Source of the DNA: Polymyxa betae A26-41
Lineage: Eukaryota > Protista > Endomyxa: Phytomyxea
Direction of reading: 5' to 3'
Length of the DNA stretch: 64,000 nt
Assembly: GCA_003693705.1 (NCBI GenBank)
Contig: RBZT01000328.1
Coordinates: forward strand, 36,510 to 100,509
The notes under the pieces: generated by a model
The model's database searches: none
Told to the model about the DNA's origin: nothing
Seen by the model: only the letters and a program-made list of their open reading frames with translations
Program-made: the position numbers and the translations under genes
Shown here: piece by piece, positions 49,872 through 62,388 of the stretch
How positions within the stretch are numbered: position 1 is the stretch's first letter
Layout of the letters: each line of letters begins with the position of its first letter

Positions 49872-52800
49872 CTATTTTCTTGATTTCTTACTACGCTTTG
49901 ATGGACGACGGTCATCGTCATCTTCTCGTCCTCTTCGCGCTGCCCGTTCTTGTTCCTCCCGAATAGCATCCTAGATAACAGATTTGAAATAAATCAAAAA
50001 GAACAAACATTATTTTTACCCTCTCAAGATCTTCCCAAGTCGGTCCCTCATCTTCCTCCTCCTCGTCATCTTCGTCATCAGTCATATCACCACCTACAGA
50101 AAAATATGGAAAAAATGTCAGAAAGCTAAGGGCGCATCGCTACTTTCGTATTCTTCTGAGTCTTGGTCATCTTCAAGTTCATCATCATCATCATCATCAT
50201 TTTCATCTTCATACTCAGATTCTTGTTCAGACTGAGACCTGAATCAAGATTTATTGTCACGTCCAAGACGTAATGGTGGTTACCATACGCGTTCTCATCG
50301 TCGGCTTTTGAGCCCAGAATTGACGCCCAGCCCCCTTGTTCAGTGAAGAAAAACGCAGCGTCCTCTTTAATGACTTTGAGAATATTCTGAAAGAGTTGTG
50401 AGGAAAAATCAACGAAATGAATTCATCTTACATTCCACTGAAGGTTCACTGCACCAACAAAATAGGCAATGTCGGATTCAGTTAAATATTGTTGAATAGA
50501 GTCTAGATGATCCCTTGGAATGGATCGGATTTTGACGATGGGTCTTTCGAAGTCTTTGAAGACAAAAACAAGATCAAAGTTCCGAAGATGGAACTATCAG
50601 AGATACTCAGTTGAAACTTCACTCGACCGCTCCAAAAAATATACCTGAACACGTTCGAAGTAGGCAATTTCAACTTCATCGAGGAACATCACAAAAGGTG
50701 GTGTGTCATCCAATGCAACCAAAGCATGGACGGTTGGCAAGACATTAACATTCGTCTTATTTGGGACTCCAGGGAACATAATCTCACGGTAAGGAATATC
50801 GAACTCAAATTTATGGGAACTAGGGCCAAAAGTTACGACAAAATGGAAATCGATCGACTAGAATCTATACCTATCTAAAGCAGCAACAACATCCTCGACG
50901 TTGCGGGCAAATTCACGAAACTTCTCATTGAATCTAAAAAAACTGAATTAAAGAAATCAAACAGCAAACGCGCAGACCTGTTTCGACGGATACGTTCTTG
51001 CTGTTCTTCTGCAATGCCATCTCGGTCGTACTGACCTTTGCGATTAGCTCCAACCAGATCTTGCGATGACTCAACAACATCGACAAAGAATTGTACAAAC
51101 TATATCGAACTTAGACAAGGTTGCAATGAAAGTGACTTATACATTTGTTCGCTTCTTGGCGATAATCAGCGGACTATGCAGTTCAAAATGGAGCAGAACG
51201 GAGATGGTGTTATCACAAGGTTGAAAGAAGGCGTGCTTGATATTACGGTACAGAATCTCGAGTTTCTGACCTTTGTTTCCGGAAAACAACAGCCCATCTC
51301 GATGAGTTTGTAATGTTCCCTAAGTGGTCATGAACTTGCGGATTTGGAACAAATCGAAGTGAACGTACCGTCAACTTCTTACCGCCAAGATTCGGTCTGA
51401 TCTGCAATTCACGAAGTTTAAAGTCATAACGTGGATCTCTGTTCAGTTGTAAAGGGGCCTGCTCAACAAACGATGCTCTATCGCTTCGCTCCTTTTCCTG
51501 TTGGCTAAAGCAAGATAATCAGTACAGATCAAGAGAAGTCGATCAGCACTGCAACCTAATCCTCTTTTGCAACTCTTTGATAAGACGAAGACTCTTGTTG
51601 AGGTTGCGATCGTCGCTGGCTCGAAATGTCAACTCTTTGATGAAGATTTTGGAATGGTCCGCGTAAGGCTGCAAAAATCAGAAATGCAACAACCCATGTG
51701 CAATAATTCGACCTGCAATGCTTGGGCTGCCTGGGCAGATCCAGGAGCGGCGAGGTTAATTCTGAGATAAGTGTTATTTCCCATTTCTTGAGTTGAAACC
51801 GATTTGATAAAAGAAATATGAAATGGAACAAGACGGCGATTGATAGGAACCAGAATTGCCTCGCGCTGCATATCAACCTGAAGTGGTTCAATAAACAAAA
51901 ATGCAGTAAGTTTAGAGAGATTTACATGAATCTGATTCTTGACAGCATCGCGAGGATAATCCCGAACACTATCATAAGCTTGAACAACAGCATTCTTGAC
52001 ACGTCGCACAGCAGTATCTAATTAATAGTCAGATTTGGTTGAAACTGTCACACATTATCAACCTGGCTGATCGGCATCTCCACTGTATTTTAGACGGGCT
52101 TGCTCTTGTTTTCGTTCAATAAGCTCTTGTTGCGCTTTCCTGCGTTTCTCTTCTTTTTTTTGCTGTTCCAGATCGATCTTTCCTGCAGAGCGTGTTGCAC
52201 GGGTACGGGGACCGTGACCATCTAACACGTTCATGAGAATAATCACGACAATAACATGAAAACCCACCAAGCATCATCGAGGTCGGAATTTCAATAGCCT
52301 CGTCGTCATCATCTTCTTCCTCCATTTCTAGTTTATAAGATACAGAGCTTAAAGCGAATTTAGATTTTGTCAGACAAGCGGCAAGACCTGCAAACATTTC
52401 AAAAAAAGAAATCTCACGTTGGCAAACAAAACATAGCAGACCGTTCTTAATGACAACAGTATCATTGAGAAGCATGGCGGCCGTCTTCTTCTTGGATTTT
52501 AATCCATTGAATCCAACCGATAATATGAAGACCATATTCTCTTTAAAAACAGAGGTACTCTTGGAATTCAACATGAATGACGAATCGCGATATTCCTGCC
52601 CGGTAAGAAATCCGCAATTCTTCACAAAAGCAGGAAGAAGAGTACTGGACCGTGAAGAACCACGAATAACGTTGATTGCTGCCTTCCAGACTTCGTTGGC
52701 TGCATGACCGGGTCGCATTGCCTCTAAACAAGCCTCGCGAACCTGAACAGAATCAGTGAGATTCTTATAACGGGATTGATAGTGGTGAATTACTTGTAGG

Positions 52801-53920
52801 AGAACATTGTACGCTGCTTCAAGGCTCTTCTCAGGATTAATGAAGTATGTACGAGCGACACTGCTACAGTAAGTACCATAACGTGCACCTGCAGTGATTA
52901 TGATAACGTCAGGCGATAGATTATTGTCATTGCTGTAAGCAGATGGGCGTAAATCGAATGGGCCTCCAGATTGAATAATCGGAGTAAAACATGATTCACA
53001 TTCGCCCGCCTCCAATGTCAAATTCATTGCTGCAAATAGACTTTCCAGGGCAGTTGACGAATCAGAAGTAAACCTGAGCGTGATCAGTTCATGTCAAGAG
53101 AGAACTAATTGTTGATACAGTTGCTCTGCATCATCTGCAATACTGGAATGGGTAATATCGACTCCTTCGTCAAGACTCTTTTCAATTGCAGGCAGAATTT
53201 GTTTTTGAATGATGAGGTCGGAAACCGTTGCAGCATTGGTAAACAATTCAACCTCCGACCCTGATCGAATTGCCATGGCCATTGATAATCCAAGAGAGCA
53301 ATCAACAATCTCACAGCCCTAACAGAAATATAACTGAACGATAATTGCAGAATTGAATATCAACCAACATCAAGGTCTCTGAGCGTTTTCGAAACAACTT
53401 GCATGATTCCGTCCTCTGGGAAGTCCTTAACAACAGCTCCAACACGTGGCCTCTCTGCTCCAGCAAGAGATTGTTGAATTAATTTGACAACCTGACTCTT
53501 TGCATCGCTTTTTTCCATAACTGTTAAAGATACAGGAACGACCAGGCCAGCCGATTCAACAGGTCGAAAGATATCAACTAACAACGAATTAAACAAATCT
53601 TAGAGGAATATACAAAGTGAACTTACTCTTCTTCTTTCCACCGATTATAAACAGTTTGCTTTTAGATAATATCATTAAAGTATCAGCTAATTCGAAGCCA
53701 GTCAGCCATAATTGCAATGCAATCGACTTCCGGAAAATAACATCTTGATTGTTCTTGCCGACAGCAATCACGATGTATTCGGCAGATCCAAACGATTCTG
53801 CCTCAATCTGACAGTGAAATTAAACGATAGCTAGATCGATAGAGATACCGCCTCCCAGACCTTCCAGGTCTTATACAAACGAGCGATACGTGTTCGAAAA
53901 TTATCGACATCCAGCGACAT
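49872..53920 (-). CDS. SPT16: FACT complex subunit Spt16
   Basis: ALQLWLTGFEL, FTPIIQSGG.FDLRPS, GARYGTYCSSVART, VPFHISFIK, LRIN, IAYFERVQ; acidic C-terminal tail. Confidence 0.97.
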
Positions 53921-54212
53921 GAGAAGCAGAAGAGAAGTGTTGAGGCGCTGGTTTGAATCAGATGTGAGAGATGCAATAATGACAATGGACCTGGCAACCT
54001 TTTAATGAAGATAGTTCGCACTATATAGACACATCTCCGCTATTAACACTTTTATAAATACAACTTTCCAGAATAGGGATCAACCAGGGGTTCTCTTCAC
54101 CATTTCTGCCTAGTTGGCATTTGGTGTTAATAGTTCAACAGTATTCATCAATCTCACGTAGCCAGTTTCAGCAGTCCCATCTCCTGGAAAACGGGGTTTT
54201 GGTCTCCCATTG

Positions 54213-54268
54213 ATCCTGGTTGCAAGTGATTTCAGAGCATAATCCTGGTTGCAAGTGATTTCAAAGCA
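54213..54268. repeat. Direct repeat (2 x ~29 bp) in the SPT16/COQ10 divergent promoter
   Basis: atcctggttgcaagtgatttca at 54213 and 54242. Confidence 0.85.
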
Positions 54269-54398
54269 ACATTTGATTGCTGATCGACGTCTGATTGACG
54301 AACCCGGAAAATTTTTGCAAGAAACCCTGTTTTGGGAGATGTGTTGATCACTGATGCGGTATTGTTATTATTTGAAGGCGAGATTTCATTCAGAGTTC

Positions 54399-56333
54399 AT
54401 GTCCTTATCAGGACTGGGTTCTATTCATTGTCTCAAGATAACAACCATTAGGCTGGGTCCTGCATATCCATATCGTCTATATCATTCTTGTCGTATTCCA
54501 TCTATCCATCATACTCCCAACCATTATCTGGTCTCTCCCTGCTGTCGTAGACGATTTCACTCGGGTCTAGGACATTGGTCCCATAATGCCAGTTATCCAT
54601 CTGCTAGGAGATCATCAAATCTTAATAACATCAGTCGTCGTTTCTTTCATTATACCAAACAAATGTCGACGAAACTACCAGCCGCCGCCTTTTACGATTG
54701 TGTAGCAGATGTCGGTCGTTATTCAACGTTCGTCCCTTATTGTACGATGTCGGAAGTTGTGTGGCGATCCCCTGACGGAACCTCGATGTTGGCTGATATG
54801 GGTATCGGTTTCATCCAGTTTAAGGAAATGTTCTCTATCAAGTTCGCTGTACTATCTTTAACTGAAATTGGCCAGATATCGATCACGAGTAATGCTTGAG
54901 AAGGACCCACCTAATTATATGATAGCCGCCACAGCTATAGATTCGGTAATAAGAACTTATGATGTTTTGCCATTCTGATTCTTATTGGAAATAGTCGCTA
55001 TTTACGTGTATGGATTCAAGATGGGATATTCTTGGAACAGAACCGCTCAGTACTGACGTTAAGTTCTCTATTGATATGGAGCCTGTCTCAAAGCTTCATG
55101 CTTTGGCAATGCAATTCGTCTTTGAAGATGTAGCAAAGCAACAATTGAATGCATTCATACGAAGGTAGAATAAGTGATATCCTGTTCTGGTCCAGTTTTG
55201 AGATTCGTCTCAGATGCAATGCTATGTTAAAGCCAGTGATCAGAGTTGCAGCTGTCGATGAAGTTGACTTCAGAACCTGTATTCGAGATATCATCTCATT
55301 AGTTCCCAGTTCAAGTACTATCAGAGGTTGCTTAACGATATCAGATGTCGTTTACTTTAAACTCGCTGACGTTTGTGTGTGTGACAGGCGAGTTCTCTCG
55401 CGAAGTATTCGATTTCTACAGCCGTCTTCTGGATCGCTATCAGAAATCGGTGTTCAGTTATGAAGAGTTCGTGGAAATTTGCCGGTGAGATTCGAGACTT
55501 TCAAAAACTCGATGCTTGTTGTTTTATAACACCAATGCATAGCGATATTGGTCGAAATGAAGATATCGAGCTTATGCATAGATATGCTTGTCTTTCAATA
55601 GCTGAAGATCCCGAAATTGCAGAGTGTTCTTGGGAGATGTTACGCCCTGATGACAGTTATAATTTCATTTCCAGGCTTGATGCATTGGTTTCTCTATATT
55701 TCCTAACAGACGACTATATTCTTGACAGGTGGTTGCATTTTAATGTGATTCCTTCATACTAAATTGCCCATATCTCAGGACTTGTTTCTATATTTTTCGT
55801 CAATTTTCCGACAAAACTCGACCTGCTGCTGATTTTGCAGCTGCCACCAGACGAATCTTCAAGCTGCAATTGAAAATGCTTCGACATATGCTCCCAAGTA
55901 AGTGAATGTAGAGCGTTGTGTTTCAATTGCCAGCAACCTTTCCACAGGTTTTATTGTTAGAGCTGTACAACCGTTATCGAAGAACTTGAGAGATTTACAA
56001 GAAGCCACACGTTTAATTGGTACCTTTCTAACAAAGTTCTAATCGGTTTTCTGATATTTTTAGGCGCTTACGGGACCATGGAAGATTTGCTGCAAAAACT
56101 GGAAATAGAAATGGAAGCGCTGGTAAGCGATGTGTTCTATCAGGTATAGTCCTAGATTGCATTTGTGCACGACCTTGCTCATCATACCATTATAGTCTGG
56201 GTCGCAGACCCTCAACGTCTCAATCTGGATGCAATATCTTGCTCAACATCAAGATTTCATCAAGAATGCCTCCGTGAAGGGATTTATATCGCACCTAACA
56301 ATGACATTGTCTAATATAAATCATATACGTTAA
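54399..56333 (+). CDS. COQ10: COQ10 START-domain protein, probably with a long C-terminal extension
   Basis: Transit peptide; YDCVADVGRYSTFVPYC, ADMGIGF, FEDVAKQQLNAFIRR; a 49-nt intron links to further exons ending about 56333. Confidence 0.7.
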
Positions 56334-56444
56334 GGATATTGAAATAGTATGGAGAATCTCTTACTAGAATATGATAGTGAGCCCTGTTTATAGTTACACA
56401 CTACATATCTAATCCTTCTCTATGTATGAAACTTTCTGTATTTA

Positions 56445-57647
56445 ATGAGGTTATACATCTTGATTGTGGCTCTTTTATGTCCATGCCGATCTGATCCTAT
56501 CTGGAGATCAGGCCTCTTGAATGATCAACTCAATGCAACATTGGCCTGGTCTTTCAATGACACGGTCATCTCGTTCGTTGTGTCAGCGAAAGCGGATGGA
56601 TATGTAGCGATTGGGATATCACCAGATGGTCATATGCCTAATAGCTATGTGGTTATTGGTGCTGTTACTGATACCAATTCTTGGGTTGAAGAGTACAAAA
56701 CTTTAGGACATCATGAACAAGGTGTGCAACAAACGTCTCGAAATTTATTAAAAGAAACATTGGCTAAGCATCAAGATGGTACGTATCTCTGTAATATTCC
56801 AAAATTGTAAATAAAGTATTTCAGGTCAGACCACAATTATGTTTAGTCGAGCTATTCAAGATGATATATATCCTATAAGGACAGATAAAATGATTAATAT
56901 GATCTGGGCGTTGCATGAAACATCTTCTATCGTTATTCCGCATACATCACAAGGATCAGTTGCTGTAAATCTAGCTACAGGAGATCTGCAATATACACCA
57001 AATCCACCCCCTGGTATAACAATGCATGGTCAGTAAATCCAGTAACTGCAGATATAATCTCATCATATCAAGGATTGTTGATGTTCTTGGCATTCGGTTG
57101 TATTATTCCAATAAGCGTATTGATAGCACGATTTTCTGAGTCCGATCATCGGATCCGACAGCATCGAGGTCTGCAAATTTTGGCTATTCTGGTAATCTGT
57201 GGTGCCTTCTCTTTAGCAATAGTTCACGTCAAACACGTCGACGATCAACATTTCAATGGTACGTCAAATGGTTCTATTGAACTATGTATGGCTGATGAAG
57301 GAATCCTTGTAGCCAAACACCGACAGCTTGGTTTAGTTGTGGTTATTATAGCACTTGTTAATGCTATTATTGGACCAATAAGTAGCTGTGCTGGTAATGG
57401 TAGACAATATGCTCTTTGGTCATGGATACATTTCCTACTGGGCAGGATCATATTCGTTCTGGGTCCCATCACCATATTCTCAGGATTATTAACATATCAT
57501 GAAGTGATTGGATTGAATGTGTCACCTTTCTTATCAATCCATGTAGCTGTCACTATTATCATCTGGATGGTGGCTATTGTTCTGCAAGTCAGGAAATATG
57601 CTAAACAACGTCAATTCATATCTGTTCCTGATAGTCCTCGTCGCTGA
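56445..57647 (+). CDS. DOMON plus cytochrome b561 protein (ferric-chelate-reductase-like)
   Basis: Signal peptide; GYVAIGISPDGHM (DOMON heme Met); IWA...H; HGLLM, HRGLQ, HRQLG, HFLLGR heme histidines. Confidence 0.9.
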
Positions 57648-57754
57648 ATAAAACATTGAATTCTGATTAATGTGACGAGTCCGCTTTTCAAAAGCTCAAA
57701 GCTGACTGCTGTCATCATCCCTCGTCGGCCATCACACTCATTTCTTAATCGATA

Positions 57755-59426
57755 ATGACAATCAACATGACGTCTTTCAAACATACTCAAACCACCATTT
57801 TAGATCCGGTGAAGTCTCACGAGCCAACCGCCTTCTGGTTCCTTCGTCGTTCTTTTTTAATGGCGCCAATCGTTGGTATCTTGGCCATGATTCTCATTAC
57901 GCCTGACCCGGTATTTGACATTCGCCTTCATCAGAATGGACAAGACGCCTATATCGATGTTCAAGTTAATGGACAATTGAGCAATCTTGGACATAAACTC
58001 AGCTCTATGTTAAACTGTAGTCGAATTGTTCGACGAGTTGGTGATCCTGAGTTTGAACCCTGTCAAGTATATCATAGCTCAGGAATGTTAATCTCTACCT
58101 TACATGACCTACCTGATATGAAAAGCCCAGTTGATTTGTATTTGGTGCCACCTGGGCGCCCTTTTATGTGGCCTTCAGTTCATGTAGGTCATCAGGCTCA
58201 TGCAGGCCATGTGCCAACAGCTGATCAACACAGCATTATCGTCGAGACATTGTCAATGTCGCCCCGAGTGTTTCGTATCCACAATATAATGAGCGAAGAT
58301 GAGGTCGATCAAGTTCTGAAAGAGGCCCGTGATGTCAGACAGAAGAACGTCTCAGACAGATATCGAAGTAATATAAATGAGAGAAGAACTGGTGAAGATT
58401 GGTATTACTTGATATGGAATTGTGTTCCATTGTAAAGTAATCTGGAACTTAGGAATGCCGATAAGTCAGAGACAGTAGAAGCTATTCGTCAAAGAACACG
58501 AGCCATGTTAGGAATGAATGTACCAGATTCATGGTCAGAACCTTTTGAAATGCTCATCTATGGTCCTGGAAAGTGTTTCACATTGCATGATGATTATATC
58601 GATGCTGAGACTCTATCATATCAACCAGAATTTGATATTCGAAGTGAATTGCTGTAAGCTGCTTTCTGGTTTGATCTAGCTCATGATTGCCAATGTATGA
58701 ATAGTGGGAGCAATCGGTATGCGACTGTAATCTTTTACTTTAACGATGTGGAATTGGGTGGAGAGACCGTCTTCGCATATGGCGACCCGATTCCAGGAAT
58801 GGCAATCGATAATCAAGATGCCATCATTGAACATATCATGTCGAACAATACCGAAGCTGAGCTCCTAAAAGCCGCAGGAATCCATCCGGGCACGTTTGAG
58901 ATGTCGCTGCTGGCGACATGTCGGTCCAGATTCTCAGTAAAACCGAAACGTGGTTCGGCTGTTTTATTCTACAACCAGTTGCCTGAGGGAGGAGTTGATG
59001 TTAAAGCACTTCATGGTAATACTTATTGATCTCAGACATGGATTTGATGATTCAGTATCTAATAGGAGGATGCCCTGTATTGAAAGGTAGCGACTTAGTC
59101 ATGCAAATTTCTGTAAAGCCTAAACTGTTCTAGGGGAGAAAGTTGCTGCAAATATTATCACATGGAATGGGCCGACCAATCTTGCTAGTGAAGAAGAGAT
59201 AGAAGCCCTGATCTCACAGACGCTTTACAGCGAAAATAAATCCCTAGAGTCCGATATGATGGCCAACCAAGACGTTGAAATGAATCACGAAGACGAATAT
59301 ATTGTTGAAGAAGACGAGAAAATGGATGGCGATGACGAAATGGAAACTGGAGATGAAGATATGATGCAGGAAGAAGAACCGACCGATGAAGTGACAGATA
59401 TTTCTAATGTCCAGAATAAAGATTAA
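57755..59426 (+). CDS. Prolyl 4-hydroxylase-like 2OG-Fe(II) oxygenase
   Basis: TM anchor; ETLSMSPRVF; LHDDY (HxD); RYATVIFYFNDVELGGETVF; PKRGSAVLFY; ALHGGCPVLKGEK; acidic tail. Confidence 0.9.
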
Positions 59427-59556
59427 CTGCACGAAACAGCTCAAAATAAAACCGGAAAATAATGCATCAACAAAATACAGAATAAACGACATCAAATAGA
59501 ATATAATGGATTGGGTTGCTTGAAGGATGGTCTTAAGTATAGTCTGATTGACTATA

Positions 59557-61700
59557 TTATTGTTCATCTTCGTCAGATTGAGATTCGCTTGGTGAGATGA
59601 TCTCATTGCCATAATTATGAGGAATGTTCAAGACACCGGATCCTATCATCCATTTTAACAGTAAATAGTATCCTGGACGCAAAAGATCCGGTCTCCAAAC
59701 GAAGGTGTGGCAAAGGATAGCAGTAGTTAAGGCAAAGGATATAATGTCAAGTTTGGGAATGTTCACAGCAACGTTCTTTGATAACAAAAAATTGGAAATG
59801 CCCTGAATCAATTTCAACCATTTCCTTGGAATGCAAATGCGGATACATACATAATGAAAAGACGTCAACGCCCGTGATAAAACATATAGCGATATTTCGA
59901 TACGTCTCGGTTTTTTCTCTAAGCAGTATTTATTATGGGCAAGCAGAGGCGTTTATAAAATTTATACCTATTGCAACAGTGGCACCAGCACATAACCCAG
60001 CAACATATCCTGTTAGACTTGAAAACAATCCAACACGCCTGCAAACATTTCCATATCAACTATTGACCTTTTCGCAAAAAAAACCCTTGCCTTTGCAGGC
60101 ACGACGATAGCCAGGCAACAGCACAATAACTTGATAAAAAAGTTGAAGACCTCAAGATTCCCATTGCCGTATGAAATACAGTTTGCCAAGGATGATCTAA
60201 CATTTTCTGTGTGAATGTTCAGAATATATGCAGTATATGTCTAGCTCAGTCAAGCGTTACGTTGGTTCTGAACATGAAAAGTGGCAAGAAATAAACAGGG
60301 ATATAAACAGGGACAGCTCGCTTCATTGCAGTGACAACAAAGATTCTATGAAGCCTCTTAGGACAATAATATGCTCCGACATGAGCATACCCAGCAGCTG
60401 TGAAACAGTTATTATGACTCGGGTGCAGAATATTACAGGCTGGCATTTCCCGAGAATAAGGAATCAATCCTTCCTTCGAGCGATACTGATTCAAGATCTG
60501 CAGACTTGAATCTGACAGCACCTCTCCAGCCATTGCTTGACGATAGGCTTCACAGACTGGTCTGGCTTTACCACCTGTTAGCCACATCAATAGCAGTTCC
60601 TGAAAGATTGAAACACATCAAACTTTGATAATCAAGAAACCCTGTGTATGCTGAATCCAGCGATTTCCTGTCAAAGAGCCATGAGTACAGGACTTGGGAT
60701 GAAGACAGTGACATTATTAGTATATCACTGTGAGGAACATTTGGAAGATATCCTTTCTCACATAGAAGTTTACATGCAATTTCTGTACGTTCTGAGCAAT
60801 GACAAGAGAGAATTGCAATTCATTACCTACACCTCTGATTCCAAAGAATATGGCCAATGGTGTTCGATACGATTGTGGAGCTAAACACAAAGATAAACCA
60901 GCTAGACCACCAACAGTAGCAGTGCTGTATCAATTTTACACTGAATTTCTGTTTGGTAATGGAGTAAATATCTGGGACCTTGCCGACAGAATGCCATCAT
61001 AACATTGATCAACAGTAGCCCAAGCTTCTGAAGCATTTCTTATGACAATATCTTGGGAGTTCTCCAAAGATCTTCGGTAAGAAAAATACAGCTGATTCAA
61101 CAGCATCCCGATTTCGAAGACAGTCAGAAACGTGCCAACAAAACCGCCAAATCGTAATATTTTATGCAACCCAAGCGCGTTTCTGCAACAAAACCAAGTT
61201 GAGAGATCTTGTTCGAAAGGTTCATGAGAAATGACTTACAGAGGTTGCTGCTTATCCCAGGCCTTACGTTTAGATTTTGACAAAATGACCTTAAAGCAAA
61301 CATACAAAGCCTGAACTAGATATCATCACAATTAAATAAACAACTACCATTCAAGATAGTCTTACTTGATGCACCGATCATAAAACCTTTGCCAAACCTC
61401 CTAATCGCCCGGCGAGCCAGAAGTCGCAAAAGTTGCAGGAATTTTCGCCTTGATTTCTCAACGTTATCGTCAGGAATCAATGATTCTTCTCCCCTAATCG
61501 CGGACGAACATCAAGGATCAACAGCGCATACAACGAACATTCGCAGCGCGGTACCCAAATCTTGGAAATTCGTCATCAAAGAACTGTAAAGTTCGCAGTC
61601 GATGACGCCGCCGGTCCAGTCCATCTACCGGACGTCTGACTCTTAATTTGGAAAGGTCATTAGCCAGCGACTCCCATCGGGTTAGAGCATTGAGCTCCAT
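59557..61700 (-). CDS. TMEM135: TMEM135-family membrane protein
   Basis: LRFGGFVGTFL, CNILHP.HNNC, VYIPVY and EKTET...YVLSRA-type segments; multi-exon. Confidence 0.7.
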
Positions 61701-62030
61701 TTAAAGGAAATGGAAGTGAAGGGGCGGCCTCCTTCATACATACTATAGTAATCGCTATTGTCATGTCATCTCTATGTGATTATCACTTTTAATCTCTAGA
61801 GGTCATCCAAGCTAACACATAACATAATCTCTCGAAAACAGCACCAAAGGATCCTTCCTTGATGATATTTGGAAACGGGGCAGTATACTTATATAGTTTT
61901 TACATCAATATGTTTATTATCGGTGAAACGGGATTATCGGGAATTCAGTGGACGATTTGGCAATTGGAATCTCAAATCTGTCTCACCCCTTAGAGAACCA
62001 ATTGCTTTCACAATTTTCACGTCGTCTTTC

Positions 62031-62076
62031 AGTGGGGTCAGTGGCAAAGTTGTAAAACTTTGCCACTGACCCCACT
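62031..62076. repeat. Perfect inverted repeat: 21-bp stem, 4-nt loop
   Basis: agtggggtcagtggcaaagtt-gtaa-aactttgccactgaccccact. Confidence 0.95.
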
Positions 62077-62388
62077 ATGCTGGCAAGGTTTGGGCAAGGT
62101 TTAGAGATGGGTGCGTATGGGTGCGAGATTTAAGGCAAGGTTTAGCGATTTGGGTGCGGTTTTAGGGGACCTTGATCAGGTCTCAACGGCTGCACAAGTG
62201 CCGCATACGCTCCCACGAGTTCCCACGAACTCAAATTCCAAAATTACCCTATCAATTAAATTGAATTTTGTTTTAGATAAGGTTAGTACTTTATTATGCT
62301 GATTGTTACTGCATTGGTATACCGTCTGGTGGATTTCTTTTGATAATCTGTATGATTTAATAGAATTCTTACACGGTCTCTAACGCTG

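Noticed and set aside
59244-59612. Hydrophobic 122-aa minus-strand ORF as a membrane protein
   Set aside because: Antisense shadow of the acidic tail of the prolyl hydroxylase
3519-61700. Fragmented ORFs as widespread pseudogenes or programmed frameshifts
   Set aside because: Where checked, breaks coincide with 45-60 nt GT-AG introns that restore the frame
62083-62170. Telomeric repeat tract
   Set aside because: Only one TTTTAGGG-like unit; no tandem array
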